Assembly: GCF_963921235.1 (NCBI RefSeq)
Contig: NC_086098.1
Span: 8,990,001-9,054,000 of the forward strand
Direction: 5' to 3'
DNA length: 64,000 nt
Origin: Mobula hypostoma
Lineage: Eukaryota
Under the pieces are notes generated by a model, which searched no databases, was not told the DNA's origin, and was given only the letters and a program-made list of their open reading frames with translations. A program made the position numbers and the translations under genes. Positions 24,795 to 38,865 of this stretch are shown piece by piece (the first letter of the stretch is position 1; every line of letters begins with the position of its first letter).

Positions 24795-27204
24795 TAGGAA
24801 GGAAAAGATGAATTATGAAAGGAAGCTGGTGACTAATATCAAAGAAGATACTAAAAGCTTTTTTAAATATATAAAGGAAAAAAGATGGTTGAGGGTAGAT
24901 ATAGGACCAATAGAAAATGACTCTGGAGATATTGTAATGAGAGACGCAGAGATGGAAGAGGAACTGAATGCGTATTTTGCATCAGTCTACACAGCGGAAT
25001 ACATCTGCAGTATACCGGACATTCAGGAGTGTCAGGGATGTAAAGTATGTGCAGTGAAAATTACGACTGAGAAGGTGCTCAGGAAGCTTAATGGTCTGAG
25101 GGTGGATAAATCTCCTGGACCTGATGGAATGCACCCTTGGATTCTGAAAGAAGTAGCTGGAGAGATTGTGGAGGCATTAACAATGATCTTTCAAGACTCA
25201 ATAGATTCTGGCATTGTACAGATGACTGGAAAACTGCAAAAGTTACTCCGCTATTTAAGAAGGGTGGGAGGCAGCAGAAAGGAAACTATAGGCCTGTTGG
25301 CCTGACATCAGTGGTTGGGAAGTTGTTGGAATTGATTGTTAGGGATGAGATTACAGAGTACCCGGAGGCACATGACAAGATAGGCCAAAGCCAGCATGGT
25401 TTCCTGAAAGGAACATCCTGCCTGACTGACCTACTGCAATTCTTTGAGGAAATTACATGCAGGGTAGACAAAGGAGATGCAGTGGATGTGGTGTACTTGG
25501 ATTTTCAGAAGGCCTTTGACAAGGTGCTGCACGTGAGGCCGCTTAGCAGGATAAGAGCCCATGGAATTACAGGGGAGTTACTAGCATGGGTGGAGCATTG
25601 GCTGGTCGGCAGAAAACAGAGAGTGGGAATAAAGGGATCCTATTCTGGCTGGCTGCCAGTTACCAGTGGAGTTCCCCAGGGGTCGGTGTTGGGACCACTG
25701 CTTTATACGATGTATGTCAATGATTTGAACTATGGGATTAATGAATTTGTGGCTAAATTTACCAATTATACAGATAGATGGAGGAGCGGGTAATGTTGAG
25801 GAAACAGAGAGCCTGCAGAGAGACTTAGATAGTTTAGGGGAATGGGCAAAGAAGTGGCAATGTTGGTCATGTACTTTGGTGGAAGAAATAAAAGGGCAGA
25901 CTATTATTTAGATGGGGAGAGAATTCAAAATGCAGAGATGCAAAGGGACTTGGGAGTCATTGTGCAGGATACCCTAAAGGTTAACCTCCAGGTTGAGTCG
26001 GTGGTGCAGAAGGCGAATGCAATGTTGGCATTCATTTCTAGAGGTATAAAATATAAGAGCAGGGATGTGTTGTTGAGGCTCTAAAAGGTACTCGTGAGAC
26101 CACACTTGGTGTATTGTGTGCAGTTTTGGGCTCCTTATTTTAGAAAGGATATATTGACATTGGAGAGGGTTCAGAGAAGATTGACGAATGATTCCAGGAA
26201 CGAAAGGGTTACCATATGAGGAACATTTGGCAGCTCTTGGGCTATAGTCATAGTCATACTTTATTGATCCTGAGGGAAATTGGTTTTCGTTACAGTTGCA
26301 CCAACCAAGAATAGAGTATAAATATAGCAATATAAAACCATAAATAATTAAATAGTAATACGTAAATTGTGCCAGGAAATAAGTCCAGGAACAGTCTATT
26401 GGCTCAGGGTGTCTGACCCTCCAAGGGAGGAGTTGTAAAGTTTGATGGCCACAGGCAGGAATGACTTCCTATGACACTCTGTTGCATCTCGGTGGAATGA
26501 GTCTCTGGCTGAATGTACTCCTGTGCCCAACCAGCACATTATGTAGTGGATGGGAGACATTGACCAAGATGGCATGCAACTTGGACAGTATCCTCTTTTC
26601 AGACACCACCGCGAGAGAGTCCAGTTCCATCCCCACAACATCACTGAATGAGTTTGTTGATTCTGTTGGTGTCTGCTACCCTCAGCCTGCTGCCCCAGCT
26701 CACAACAGCTAACGTGATAGCACTGTCCACCACAGACTCGCAGAACTTCCTCAGCATCGTCCAACAGATGTTAAAGGACCTCAGTCTCCTCAGGAAAAGG
26801 CTCTATTCCCTGGAGTTCAGAAGAATGAGGAAGAAACATTCCAAATGTTAAAAAGCCTGAACAGATTAGATATGGCAAAGTTATTTCCCATGGTAGGGGA
26901 GTCTAGGACAAGAGGATTCAGGATTGAAGGACGTCCATTTAGAACAGAGATGCAGAGAAATTACTTTAGTCAGAGGGTGGTATATCTGTGGAATTTGTTG
27001 CCATGAGCAGCTGTGGAGACCAAGTCACTGGGTATATTTAAGGCAGAGATAGATAGGTTCTTGATTAGCCAGGACATCAAAGGGTATGGGGAGAAGCAGG
27101 TGAGGGGGATGACTGGAAGACTTGGATCAGCCCATGATTGAATGGCGGAGCATTAGGAGAATGACCTACTTCTGCTCCTATATCTTACGGTCATATGGTC
27201 TTAT
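24795..27204 (+). mobile_element. CR1 LINE ORF2 (RT) to 3' end, frameshifted, inserted in a V-SINE
   Basis: KSPGPDGMHP, YLDFQKAFDKV, SGVPQGSVLGP; V-SINE halves at 24675-24790 and 27205-27347 (-). Confidence 0.95.
26247..26798 (-). mobile_element. Rex1/Babar 3' fragment nested in CR1
   Basis: RKSFLPVAIKLYNSS C-terminus; TAGTCA repeat tail; flanks GGCTATA and GGCTCTA. Confidence 0.85.
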
Positions 27205-27409
27205 GTGAGAGGAAAAGGGAGCACCTGGAGGGAACCCACGTGGTCACAGGGAGAATGTACAAATGCCTTACAGACAGTGGCAGGAATTGAACCTGGACTG
27301 CTGGCATTGCAATACCGTCACACTAACCACTACACTACTGTGCAGCCCCAAATCTTCAATCAGGTCATAGTTGGCACTACATCTCTCAGCTAGTTTTAGC
27401 AAAATGAAA

Positions 27410-27600
27410 CTTGCTTACTTCCCATTACGCCACTAGCATTGCGGGCAGCGATGAAGGTCTTCCATCTCTGGTGGTGTTCAAGGCTTCCTTCATCGTATCA
27501 GTCGTTTCCTCTCAGTTTTCACTACTGTCAGTCGTGCAAGAGCCGGATGGAAACTCAGGAATACAGTCGCATTCGGATTTAGAAGAATTCTTCATTGTTT
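27410..27600 (-). mobile_element. RTE-related 3' tail fragment
   Basis: Homologous to the 3' end of 8041-8372. Confidence 0.55.
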
Positions 27601-27601
27601 C

Positions 27602-28195
27602 ATAGATCTCCGGAGAGGAATAAACAGTCAATGTTTTCGGTCAAGTCCCTTCATCAGGTTTGGAAACGAAGAGAACAGAAGCCAGAATTAGAAGGTGGTG
27701 GTAGAGGACGGAGTACAAACTAGAAGTTGATAGGTGAGACCTGGTGAGGGGGAAAGTGAGTGGGGAGGGGGCAACTGGGAGGTGATAGGTGGAAAAAGTA
27801 AAGCGTAAAGAAGAAGGAATCTGATGGGAGAGGACAGTGGACCATGGAAGAAAGGGAAAGAGAACAGCACTATAGGGAGGTGATGGGTCAGTGAGAAGAG
27901 AAGGGCTAAAAGGGGAGCCAGAATGGGGAATGGCAAAAGAGAGAAGGAGGGAGAGGAAAGAAATCTCTAAAAGTTAGAGAAATCAATGTTCATGCCATCA
28001 GGTTGGTCGCTACCCAGACAGAATAAGAGGTGTTGCTCCTCTAGCCTGAGAGAGACCTCATCGAGGGAGTAGAGGTGGCCAAGGACCAACGTGCCAGAGT
28101 GGGAATGGGAAGTAGAATTAAAATGAATGGCCACTGGGAAAACCTGCCTTTTGTGGCTTGTAGAATAGAGGTGCTCAACAAAGTGGTTCCCCAAT
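27602..28195 (-). mobile_element. Penelope-like element 3' fragment
   Basis: FVEHL..HFNSTSHSH..LEEQHLLFCLGSDQPDGMNIDFSNF; degenerate hammerhead at 27625-27660. Confidence 0.85.
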
Positions 28196-28944
28196 CCTTA
28201 TAACTATTACATTTTATGATCTGTGTCCAGTATAATCAATTTGGCTTCAGTGATAGCTCATTGTTCTCTGAATAGCAGGTTCTGAACCATTTTCATTCTA
28301 TTTTCTGCTGGTGGAATATTTCGTGTTGTCCTGATGAACTACACAGCGAAAGAAAATCATCCCGTATTGTTTAACTCCTGCATATTTTATCAGCCTCTCT
28401 TCTTCCCCAATGGCTGATTAAAAAAAAGATGCCAATGAATTTATTGATAGTGACATTTCAGTTGGAAAAGTTGCAAATGAAATATTTATCTTCATTAGAG
28501 CTAAAATTTTTAAAAAACTATTCACAGAACCAGAATGAGGTCTTAAGAACAGAATCAAACATCTCTGTAATACTGTATCAGGATCAATGAAAACAAGAAT
28601 TTGAGGATTAAGATGAGTAAGTTACAAATAACAGTCTGTTGCTCATTGGGGTTGCAACCGCCTTTATTATTTGTTATATTCTAATGAAAATAATCACACT
28701 TCCATTCAAAGCTCCTCATTGAGTTAACCTGTTTTAATGCCATACCATCTAACATTGTAAACATTAATTCCCTCCAGCACTGGCACAGATTGGCCACAAT
28801 ATATATCATCTACAAAATCCACCAGTTAATCATGCAAACTACTCTGCGAACACTTCCCAAACTGATAGACCTCCATCACCCCAAATGACAAAAGCAGCAC
28901 ATTCATGGGAACAGATCACTTCTCCGTGCAAGTCAAGAAATCCC

Positions 28945-31665
28945 ACATAGACCATAAGTCAGGAGCAGGTTTAGGCCATTTGGCTCATTGAATCTGCTTG
29001 CCCTTCCATCATGGCTGATTTAGTATTCCTCTCAACCCCATTCTCCTGCCTTCTCCCTGTAACCCTTAACATCCTGATTAATAAAGGCCCTATCAACCTC
29101 AGCTTTAAATATACCCAATGACTTGGCCTCACAGCTGTCTGTGGCAACAAATTCGACAGCTTCATCACCCTCTGGTTAAAAAACACTTTCTTCAGTTCTG
29201 TTCTAAATGGGCTTCCCTCAATTCTGAGTCTGGTCCTAAACTCCTCCACTACAGGAAACACTCTCTCCACATCCACTCTATCCGGGGTTTTCAATATTCA
29301 ATAAGTTTCAATGAGATCCCCTCTCATTCGTCTAAACTCCACCAAGTACAGGTCCAGAGCCATCAAACATTCCTCATAGGTTAACTCTTTCATTCCTGGG
29401 ATTATTCTTGTGAACCTCCTCTGGACTCCCTCCAATGCCAGCACATTTTTTCTTAGCTAAGGGGCCCAAAATTTCTCGCAAAACTCTAAGTGAGGTTTGA
29501 CTAATACCTTATAAAGCCTCAGCATTACATCCTTGCTTTTATATTCTAGTCCTCTCAAAATGAATACTAGCATTGCATTTGCCTTCCTCACCACTGACTC
29601 AACCTGCAATTTAACCTTCATGGAACCCTGCACAAAGACTTCCAAGTCCCTTTGCACCTCTGATTTTTGAATTTTCTCCCATTTAGTAAATATTCCACTA
29701 CTTTATTCCTACTACCAAAGTGTATAACCATGCATTTCCCTATACTATATTGCAACTGCCACTTTTTTATCCATTCCCCCAATCTGTCTAAGTCCTTCTG
29801 CAGACACCCTGCTTCCTCAACACTACCTGCCCCTAGATCTATCTTCGTATCGGCTGCAAACCTGGCCACAAAGCCATCAATTCCTTCATTCAAGTAATTG
29901 ACACAGAAGAAGAAAGAAGTGGTGCCAACTCTAAAACCAGTGAAACACCACCATCACCAGTAGCCAACCAGAAAAGGCCTCCTTTATTCCCACTCTTTGC
30001 CCCCTGCCAATCCGTCAATCTTCTATCCATGCTAGTATCTTTCCTGTACTGCCATAGGCTCTTATGTTGTTAAGCAGCTTGATGTGTGGCACCTTGTCAG
30101 AGGCATTTGAATATCCAAATAAAAACATGCAATGACTCTCTTTTTTTCTATCCTGCTTGCTATTTTTTCAGAGAATTCCAACAGATCTGTCAGGCAAGAT
30201 TTTCCCTTGAGGAAACCATGCTGACTTTGGTCTATTTTATCATGCGCTTCTAAGTACCCTGAAACCTCATCCTTAATAATAGGCTCCAATATCTTTCCAA
30301 CCACTGAAGTCAGGCTAACTGGCCTATAATTTCCTTTCTTCTGCTTCCCTCCCTCCATAAAGAGGGGAGTGACAATTGCAATTTTCTAGTCCTCAGGAAC
30401 AATTCCAGAATTCAGTGATTCTTGAAAGATCAATACTAATGCCTCCTCAACCTCTCCAACTACCTCTTTCAGAACCCTGGAGGGGCAGTCCATCTGGTCT
30501 AAGTGACTTATCTACTTTCAGCTTCCCAAGCACATTCTCCTCAGTAATAGCAATGGAACTCACTTCTGGCCCCTAACACGCTCTTATTTCAGGCATTCTG
30601 GTAATGTCTTCCCCAGTGAAGACCGACATGTTGTCCACCCAGTACTAACCCTGCAACCTCATTTTCCAGCAGTCCGATACCCACTCTTGTCTCCCTTTTA
30701 CTCTTTATATATCTGAAAAAAATTTAGGTATCCTTTTTTATACTATAGGCTAGCTTACCTTCCTATTTCACCTCTTCACTCTTTATGGCTGTTTTGGTTG
30801 CCTTCTGTTGGTTATTAAAAGCTCCCCAATCCTCTAACTTCCTACTAATTTTTGCTCTATTATGTGCTCTCTCTTTAGCCTTTATGTTTTATTTAATTTC
30901 CCTTGTCAGCCACAGTTGCCTCATCCTCCCTTTAGAATACTTCTTCATCTGTGGGACGTATCTTTCGTGTACCTTCCGAATTTGCCCCAGAAACACCAGC
31001 CATTTCTGTTCTGCTGTCATCCCTGCTAGTGCCCCCTTCCAATCAACTTTGGCCAGCTTCTCTCTCAGGCCTCTGCAATCCCCTTTAATTCGCCGTGATA
31101 CTGATACATCCGATTTTTGCTTCTCATTGTCAAGCTGGAGGGTGAATTCTATCATATCACGATCACTGTCTCCTAAGAGTTCCTTTACCTTAAGCTCTCT
31201 AATCAAATCTAGTCATTACATAACACTCAATCCAGAACTGCCATTCCCTGCGTGGGCTCAGCCACAACCTGCTCTAGAAAGCTATCTCATTGACATTCTA
31301 CAAATCCCTTCTCTAGGGATGCAGCACCAACCTGCTCTTCCCAATCTACCTGCATATTGAAATCCCTCATGATTATCGCAACGTGGCCCTTTCGACATGC
31401 CATTTCTATCTCCTGTTGTATTTTGTTACTCACATCCTGACTACTGTTTGGGGGCTTGTACATAACTTCCATCAGGGTCTTTTTACCCTTGCAGTTTCTT
31501 AACTCCATCTGCAAGGATTCTACATCTTCCGAACCTATGGCACCTCTTCCTATAGATAGGATTTCATTTTTTAGCAACAGATTCACGCCCCCACCCCGCG
31601 TACTTGCCTGTCCTTTTGATATGATGTGTATTTTGGATGCTAAGCTCCCAACTATGATCTGCTTT
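28945..31665 (-). mobile_element. CR1 LINE ORF2 (endonuclease to 3' end), decayed
   Basis: EN fragments (DFNMQVDW, SDRDMIEF) and RT fragments (NYRPVSLTS, FAADTK). Confidence 0.95.
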
Positions 31666-32114
31666 TTGTCACGACTGAATCCTGAGCCCGTCCCGTCTAC
31701 TTGCGTTTGATCCCTCTCCCTCCCTTCTTACTGCTACCATCGGGCAGGAAATGCTGGAATGTTAGGTCACACACCACCAAGTTCATGAACAGCTGTTGCC
31801 CTACACCAGCTTCATTTCCCTCAGCACTGAAATGACTACTCAGCCTGTACACTCACTTTCAAGGCCTTTGTTGTGTATGGCTTTTCATAGATTCTATTAC
31901 ATTTCTTTATCTTCTTGTGGGTGCCTACAAGAAAATTAGTCTCCAGGTTGTATATGGTATACTTACTTTGATACTAGATTTACTTTGAACTTTGAAGAAC
32001 TACAGGTTCTCTCCAAGTGACACTCCACCATGGCTTGGGAGTATTTTATTAGTTCTTTGCCACTGGTCTAATGTGGTGATGGATCAGAACATAGGAGGGA
32101 GACTGAAGTTCTGG

Positions 32115-32790
32115 CTGAGTGGTGCCACAACGACAACCTCTCACTCAATGTCAGCAAGACCAAGGATCTGATTATTGACTTCAGGAGGAGGAAATCAGAG
32201 GTCCGTGAACCAGTTCTCATTGAGGGATTAGAAGTGGAATGGGTCATAAATTTTAAATTCCTTTATATTATCATTTCAGAGGACTTCTCCTGGGCCCAGC
32301 ACATAATTGCAATTAAGAAGATAGCACAACAGTGTCTCTACTTCCTTAGGAGATTGTGAAGATTTGCCATGATATCTAAAACTTTGACAAACTTCTTGGA
32401 TGAGTGATGGAGTCTGGTTGCATCATGGCCTGACAGAGGAACACCAATGCCCTTGAATGAAAAGTCCTACAAAGAGTAGTGAATCATGATGGACCCAGTC
32501 CATCACGGGTAAAGTCCTCTCCACCATTGAGCACATCTACACAGAGCTTTGTCACAGGAAAGCAGTATCCGTCATCAGGGACGTTCACCACCCAGGTTAT
32601 GCTCTCTTCTGCTGTAGTCATCAGGAAAAAGGTACAGGAGCCTCAGGACTCACAGTACCAGGTCCGGAACAGTTATGACCCCTCAGTCATCAGGCTCTTG
32701 AACCAAAGGGGATAACTTACTCAACTTCACTTGCCCCATCACTGAAATGTTCCCACAGCCTGCAGGCTCACTTTCAAGGACTATTCAGAA
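32115..32790 (+). mobile_element. Rex1/Babar 3' fragment
   Basis: NLSLNVSKTKDLIIDFRR motif and C-terminal motifs. Confidence 0.75.
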
Positions 32791-32916
32791 CCAGAATTAG
32801 AATTGGAATCAGGTTTAATATCTTTGGCATATGTCATAAAATTTGTTTACAGCAGTAGTACACTAACATACATGATAAATAAATATAGAAAAAAGTGAGT
32901 TACATTATATATGTAA

Positions 32917-33290
32917 CTTGATAGAGGTATTTAAAATTATAAGAGGGATAGATAGAGTTGATGTGGATAGGCTTTTTCCATTGAGAGTAGGGGAGATTCA
33001 AACAAGAGGACATGAGTTGAGAGTTAAAGGGCAAAAGTTTAGGGGTAACGTGAGGGGGATCTTCTTTACTCAGAGAGTGGTAGCTGTGTGGAACGAGCTT
33101 CCAGCAGAAGTGGTTGAGGCAGGTTGGATGTTGTCGTTTAAAGTTAAATTGGACAGCTATACGGACAGGAAAGGAATGGAGGGTTATGGGCTGAGTGCAG
33201 GTCGGTGGGACTAGGTGAGAGTAAGAGTTCGGCACAGACTAGAAGGGCTGAGATGGCCTGTTTCCGTGTTGTAATTGTTATATGGCTTTA
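32917..33290 (+). mobile_element. CR1 3' end, same subfamily as 42259-42699
   Basis: IEVFKIIRGIDRVDVDRLFP..FFTQRVVAVWNELP. Confidence 0.9.
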
Positions 33291-33384
33291 TATATATATA
33301 TAGATATAGATATATAATATATATATAGAAATATATTAAATAGTAATGTTAAAATAGGTAGTGCACAAAAAAGGAATAGAAAGA

Positions 33385-34720
33385 AGTAGAGAGTTAGTGT
33401 CCATGGGTTCAATGTTCTGTTGAAAATCGGACGGCAGAGGGGAAGAATCTGTTCCTGAATCGCTGAGTGTGTGACTTCAGGCTTCTGTACCTCCTTCCCA
33501 ATAGTAACAGTGTGAAGAGAGCACGTCCTGAGTGGTGGGGATCCTTAATGATGGACAACACCTTCCTAAGGCACTGCTCCTTGAAGATGTCTTAGATACA
33601 AAAGAGGCTGGTACCCATGATGGAGCTGACTAATTTTACAAGTTTTTGCAACTTTTCTGTCTTATGCAGTTCCCCCACCACACCAGAGAGTGATGCAGCC
33701 AGTCAAAATGCTCTACATGGTACATTGTAGAAGTTTTTGAAGTATAGCTGCGGCCTTTCCTTCTTTATAGCTACATCAATATGTTGCGCCCAGATTAGCT
33801 CTCTCCACTTCTGATCCCTCTACAAGGATTGGTTCGTGCTCTTTCATCTTACCCTTTCTGAAGTTCACAATCAGCTCTTTGGTCTTGCTGACTTTGAGTG
33901 CAAGGTTATTGCTGTGACACCACTCAACTCGCTGGTATATCTCACTCGTGTACGCCCTTTCATCACCATCTGAGATTCTGCCAACAATGGTAATATCATC
34001 AGCAAGTTTATAGATGGTATTTGAACTGTGCCTGGCCACACAGTCATGGGTGTAGAGGCAGTAGAGCAGTGGGCTAAGAACACATCCCAGTGTTGATCGT
34101 CAGCAAGACGGAGATGTTACTTCCAATTCTCACAGATTGTCGTCTTCCGGTTTGGAAGCCGAGGATCCAGTTGCAGAGGAAGGTTCTGTAGCTTTTCAAT
34201 CAGGACTTTCGGAATGATGGTGTAGAATGCTGAGCCATAGTTAATAAGCAGCATCCTGACATAGGTACTTGCATTAACCTGGTGATGCAAGGACACAAGA
34301 AGAGCCATTGAGATCACTCCTGCTATACACCTATTGCGGCAATTGGAACATTACGGTGGGTCCAAGTTCTTTCTGAGATAAGTGTTGATTCTAGCCATGA
34401 TCAACCTCTCAGCAAATTTTATTACTGTAGATGTGAGCGCTACTGGATGACAGTTGTTGAGGCAGCTCACACTACACTTCTTGGGCACTGGTACAACTGT
34501 TGCCCTTTTGAAGCAGGTGGAACTTCCAACAGAGCAATGGAAGATCGAAGCTGTCTTTGAATACCCCCGCCAGTTGGTTGGCACAGGTTTTCAGAGCCTT
34601 ACCTGGTACTCCATCGGGGCCTGCCACCTTGAGAGAGTTCAACTTCTTGAAAAACAGCTGACGTCAGCCTCCGGGACAGAGATCACAGGGGCACAGGATG
34701 TCACACAGATACTTTCCACT
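33385..34720 (-). mobile_element. Rex1/Babar RT fragments
   Basis: CFKRATVVPVPKK..HPVALTS and YKLADDITIVG. Confidence 0.85.
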
Positions 34721-35569
34721 ATGAAGTTTGAAGTCCCAGAACCATAGGAGTACTTTAATCAAAAGGATGAAAGCCATTCAGGAAGGCTTCTTACCCGTTA
34801 TATATCCAGGCAAGCTGAGAGAGGGCAATAAATGTGTCCTTGTTAGGAATGAACGCATCCCCAAAAAACTGAGTTACTCAGCCTTCATTTTTGAGAAAGA
34901 AACTAAAGAAAGTCCTTTATCTATCATCACATTTGGGAAAATATAATGATACAGATATAAAAAATAAATATTACAGATATAAAATGCTGAAAAATCAGCA
35001 GGTCAGGAATATTTTGTGGAAAGGGTATCAAAGTTAACCTTTCAGGTTGAAGACCATACATCAGAAATATTACTGATGATGAATCAGACTGCTGTTCACA
35101 TTTGTTCGTCTCTATATATAGAGACATTATAGAAATGTCTGATTACGCAGGAGTGAAACGTTACAGTACTTACTGACTTCATAGATGGCAATCTGTGGTC
35201 AGCCTACCCACCCTTGTGTGGGAGGATACACAGAGCTAAACTTTTCTTCAGTATTTCTATTGCAGGAACTTCACTTTCTGTGCTGTATTTCCAGTTATAC
35301 CAACTGGAAGATTTGTTTTCAAAATTTAACAATTGTTTTAGGAAAGCATATATCTGAGCAGGTTTTAAGCAAAATATTTTCATATTTGACTCAACCATAC
35401 TTCTACAAATGCACAATCAATCCAGTTCTCATGGTCCACTCTCCTCTCCTATCAGGTTCCTTCTTGTCCAGCCATTAACCTTCCCACCCACCTGGCTTCA
35501 CCTATCATCTTCCAGCTAGCCCCCTTCCCCTCCCTTCAACTTTTTTCTGGTGTCTTCCCCCGCCCTTCT

Positions 35570-35607
35570 CAGTCCTGATGAAGGGTCTCGGCCTGAAACG
35601 TCAACTG
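35570..35607 (+). ncRNA. Minimal type I hammerhead ribozyme motif in a Penelope tail (35428-35668)
   Basis: CAGTC-CTGATGA-AGGGTCTCGGCCT-GAAA-CG-TC-AACTG. Confidence 0.7.
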
Positions 35608-35704
35608 TTCATCTCCATAGGTGCTGTCTGACCTACTCGAGTTTTGCCAGCATTTTGTGTTTATTGCTTTTTACATTCCAATTTGAATTTTATTTTGGAC
35701 AATA

Positions 35705-36360
35705 AGACCAACAGACATAGGAGGAGAATTAGGCCATTTGGCCCATCAAGTCTACTCCACCATTCCATCATGGCTGAAATATTATCTCTCTCAACCCCAT
35801 CCTCGTTCCTTCTCACTACAACCTTTGATGGCCTTACTAATCGAGAACATGAGAACGTAAGAAATAGGAGCAGGAGTCGGCCATCTGGCCCATCGAGCCT
35901 GCCCCGCCATTCAATAAGATCATGGCTGATCTGTCCGTAAACTCAGCTCCATCTACCTGCCTTTTCCCCATAACCCTTAATTCCGTTACTATGTAAAAAC
36001 CTATCTGTATCTTAAATATATTTAGTGAAGAAGCCTCAACTGCTTCCCTGGGCAGAGAATTCCACAGATTCACCACTCTCTGGGAAAAAGAGTTTCTCCT
36101 CATCTCCATCTTAAATCTTCTCCCCTGAATCTTGAGGCAATGTCCCATAGTTCTAGTCTCACCTACCAATGGAAACAACTTTCCTACTTCTATCTTATCT
36201 ATCCCTTTCAAAATTTTGTCTGTTTCTATAAGATCCCCTCTCGTTCTTCTGAATTCCAGAGAGTATAGTCCCAGGTGACTCAATCTCTTTTCATAAATTA
36301 ACCCCTTCATCTCTAGAATCAACCTGGTGAACCTCCTCTGCACTGCCTCCAAAGCCAGTG
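35705..36360 (-). mobile_element. CR1 3' ends (two stacked tails)
   Basis: ALEAVQRRFTRLI..RRNSFSQRVVNLWNSLP. Confidence 0.9.
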
Positions 36361-36439
36361 CAAAGAGCCTATCAGCCTCTGCTTTTAACATCTTATTTTT
36401 ACTTTTTATGTTTATGTGACACAATTTTCAGATGGCAAA

Positions 36440-36790
36440 GTGGAGATTCGTCTTTATCAAAAGAGGTGTAAAGCATTCCTCCCCTCTGCTAACCTGCAAG
36501 TCATTCTTGGACAAGGTGTACCTCCTACTTAGGACCCCGATCAGATGGAAACAGATGCTGAATGGTCTTATGAGAAGCAGGTGCAGATCACAAGTCTTGG
36601 TTATGTGACCACTGATGCCAGGCAGACAGTTTCTGAAGAGTATTGATAGTACCTGGGGTCACCAGTCTTGTAAAGACACTGCCCAGAAGAAGGCAATGGC
36701 AAACCACTTCTGTAGAAAAATTTAGCAAGAACAATCATGGACAGGGAAAGACCATGATCATCTATATCATATGTCTTAGCACATACAACT
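36440..36790 (+). mobile_element. RTE/BovB-related SINE-like element; second copy at 43882-44757
   Basis: Contains GAAGGCAATGGCAAACCACT (resembles BovB/Sauria-SINE sequence); the two copies align end to end. Confidence 0.65.
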
Positions 36791-37212
36791 GAACTACACA
36801 GTTTTACACTGTTCAGATCTACTCTTGAATTGATCTATGAATAGAAATCATGGGAGATTTTCTTTATTCGTTCCTTATCGTGAGGTGTTAATGTACTATG
36901 TAACATTCTATTATCTTGTATGTGCCTAATACCTGTACTACACAGAGTACTGCACAAAACTGGTCCCATGCAGAATGACAACCCCCCTCACCAGTTTCAT
37001 CATATGTATAAGTTGGGCAATACTTGGACCATTTCCTCAGTTAAGCCCAGAAACCACTCCGAATCACTCAGAGAGTGGTTTATACTCACCGAGTCCATGG
37101 TTGAAATGTACAGGAATTTCCACTGGCTTTTCTCCCTTTTGGTGTCTCACAGATGCAGCTGTAGTACTGTATGAGGCGGAAGTCATAAATCAGGGGAGCT
37201 CCTTGGAAAGGA

Positions 37213-37515
37213 CCGGAGGGTACAGCATCAGAATAGAAGGATCTCTGTTTAGGACAGAGTTGAGGAGGAATGTCCTTAGCCAGAGAATGGTGGATCTGTG
37301 GAATACATTACCACAGACCAGGACCAGGTCACTAGGTCACTGGGTGCACTTAAAGCGGAGTTAGAGAGATTCTTCATTAATCGGGGTGGTAAAGGTTACG
37401 GGGAGAAGACAGGAAAATGCAGTAGAGAGGGATACTAAATCAGCCATGATGGAATGGTGGAGCAGACTCAATGGGCTGAATGGCCTAATTCTGCGCCTAT
37501 GTCTTATGGTCTTAT
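37213..37515 (+). mobile_element. CR1 3' end
   Basis: FRTELRRNVLSQRMVDLWN plus 3' UTR. Confidence 0.85.
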
Positions 37516-37909
37516 AATTTCAGAAGCAATATGCAAATCATCAATTTACCTGCACAAAGTCCCATCACATTTAACCCTCTTAAGCAGTTCTTCCCAATGA
37601 GAATCACTGCTGAAACTTGTGAGAGATCTTCAGCTGACCTCCACTTAAACTGATAAGATGGACATTTAGTAGCATCCCACTTCTGCATCACTCAATTTAA
37701 TTCATGACAGAAGAGACAGACACCTGGCCAAGGACAAGAGCTATTGAGAGCAGACCCTCAAAAGAGTTTTTGAAAGCCTTATTTTAAAAAAAAAGCTGTG
37801 ATCCAACTGGACTATCTAGGCATTAGTAAAGAATTGGTGGTAGAATCCCAACAATGGCTTGGGTGAAGACTTTACTAAGAACTAAAACAGATATTCAATC
37901 CGTAGGTCA

Positions 37910-38515
37910 TAAACACAAGAGGTTCTGCAGACGCTGGCAATGCAGGTCAACACACACAGAATGCTGGAGGAACTCAGCAGGTCAAGCAACATCAATGGAT
38001 GTGAATAATCAGTTGACATTTCAGGCTAAGACCCTTCATTAGGACTGAGAAGGAAGGGGGAAGCGGACATGGTGAGAGGATGGGGGAAGAATAAGGAGGA
38101 CAAGCTGGCAGATGGCAAGCAAGACCAGGTGAGGGGGAATGTGGGTAGGTGGGGAGGGGATGAATTAAGAAGCTGGGAGGTGATAGGTGGAAAAGGTAAA
38201 GGGCTGAGGAAGAAGGGGTCTGATAGGAGAGGATAATGGAGCATGGGAAAAAGGGAAGGAGGAGGTGAACCAAAGGGTGGTGAAGGACAGGTGGGGAGAA
38301 GGGGCAAGATGAAAGGAGTAACAGAATGGGGAATGGAAAAAAAGAAAGGGATGGGGAGAGAAATTCTGGACAGTTGGAGAAATTGATGTTCATAACACAA
38401 GGTGGGAAACTATTCAGATGAAATATGAAGTGTTGCTCCTCCAATGTGAGTCTGACTACATTGTGGCAGTACAGGAGGCCATGGACCGACATATTGGAAT
38501 GGGAATGGGAATGGG
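37910..38515 (-). mobile_element. Penelope-like 3' fragment with a mutated hammerhead (38010-38047)
   Basis: MSVHGLLYCHN..LEEQHFIF; hammerhead core reads CTAATGA. Confidence 0.85.
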
Positions 38516-38865
38516 CATAGCCTGGTCAAATAGCAGTACCATTGCAGCTTTGTTGCACGTAGTCATGCTCTAATGTTGCAGCAATGATATTAACTATAAT
38601 TTTTGTCACATCTGAATGCACTACAGCCTCCTCTTATAGGCATGTTTAGCACATTTAATGTGCAAGTCACAGTTGCAAAATATGCTTTACATGATAGGAA
38701 GAGCCAATTAAGCTGAATAACTTCACATTGCATTTCAAACAAATTGCACATAAAATGATTGCAATCACCTTTCCGGAACATAATTTTGACTTTGCAAAGA
38801 CTTATAAAGGGTATGTTTTAATATCCCAGTGTCCTTGAAGTATTTATTTTTAAAATGTTATGTAA

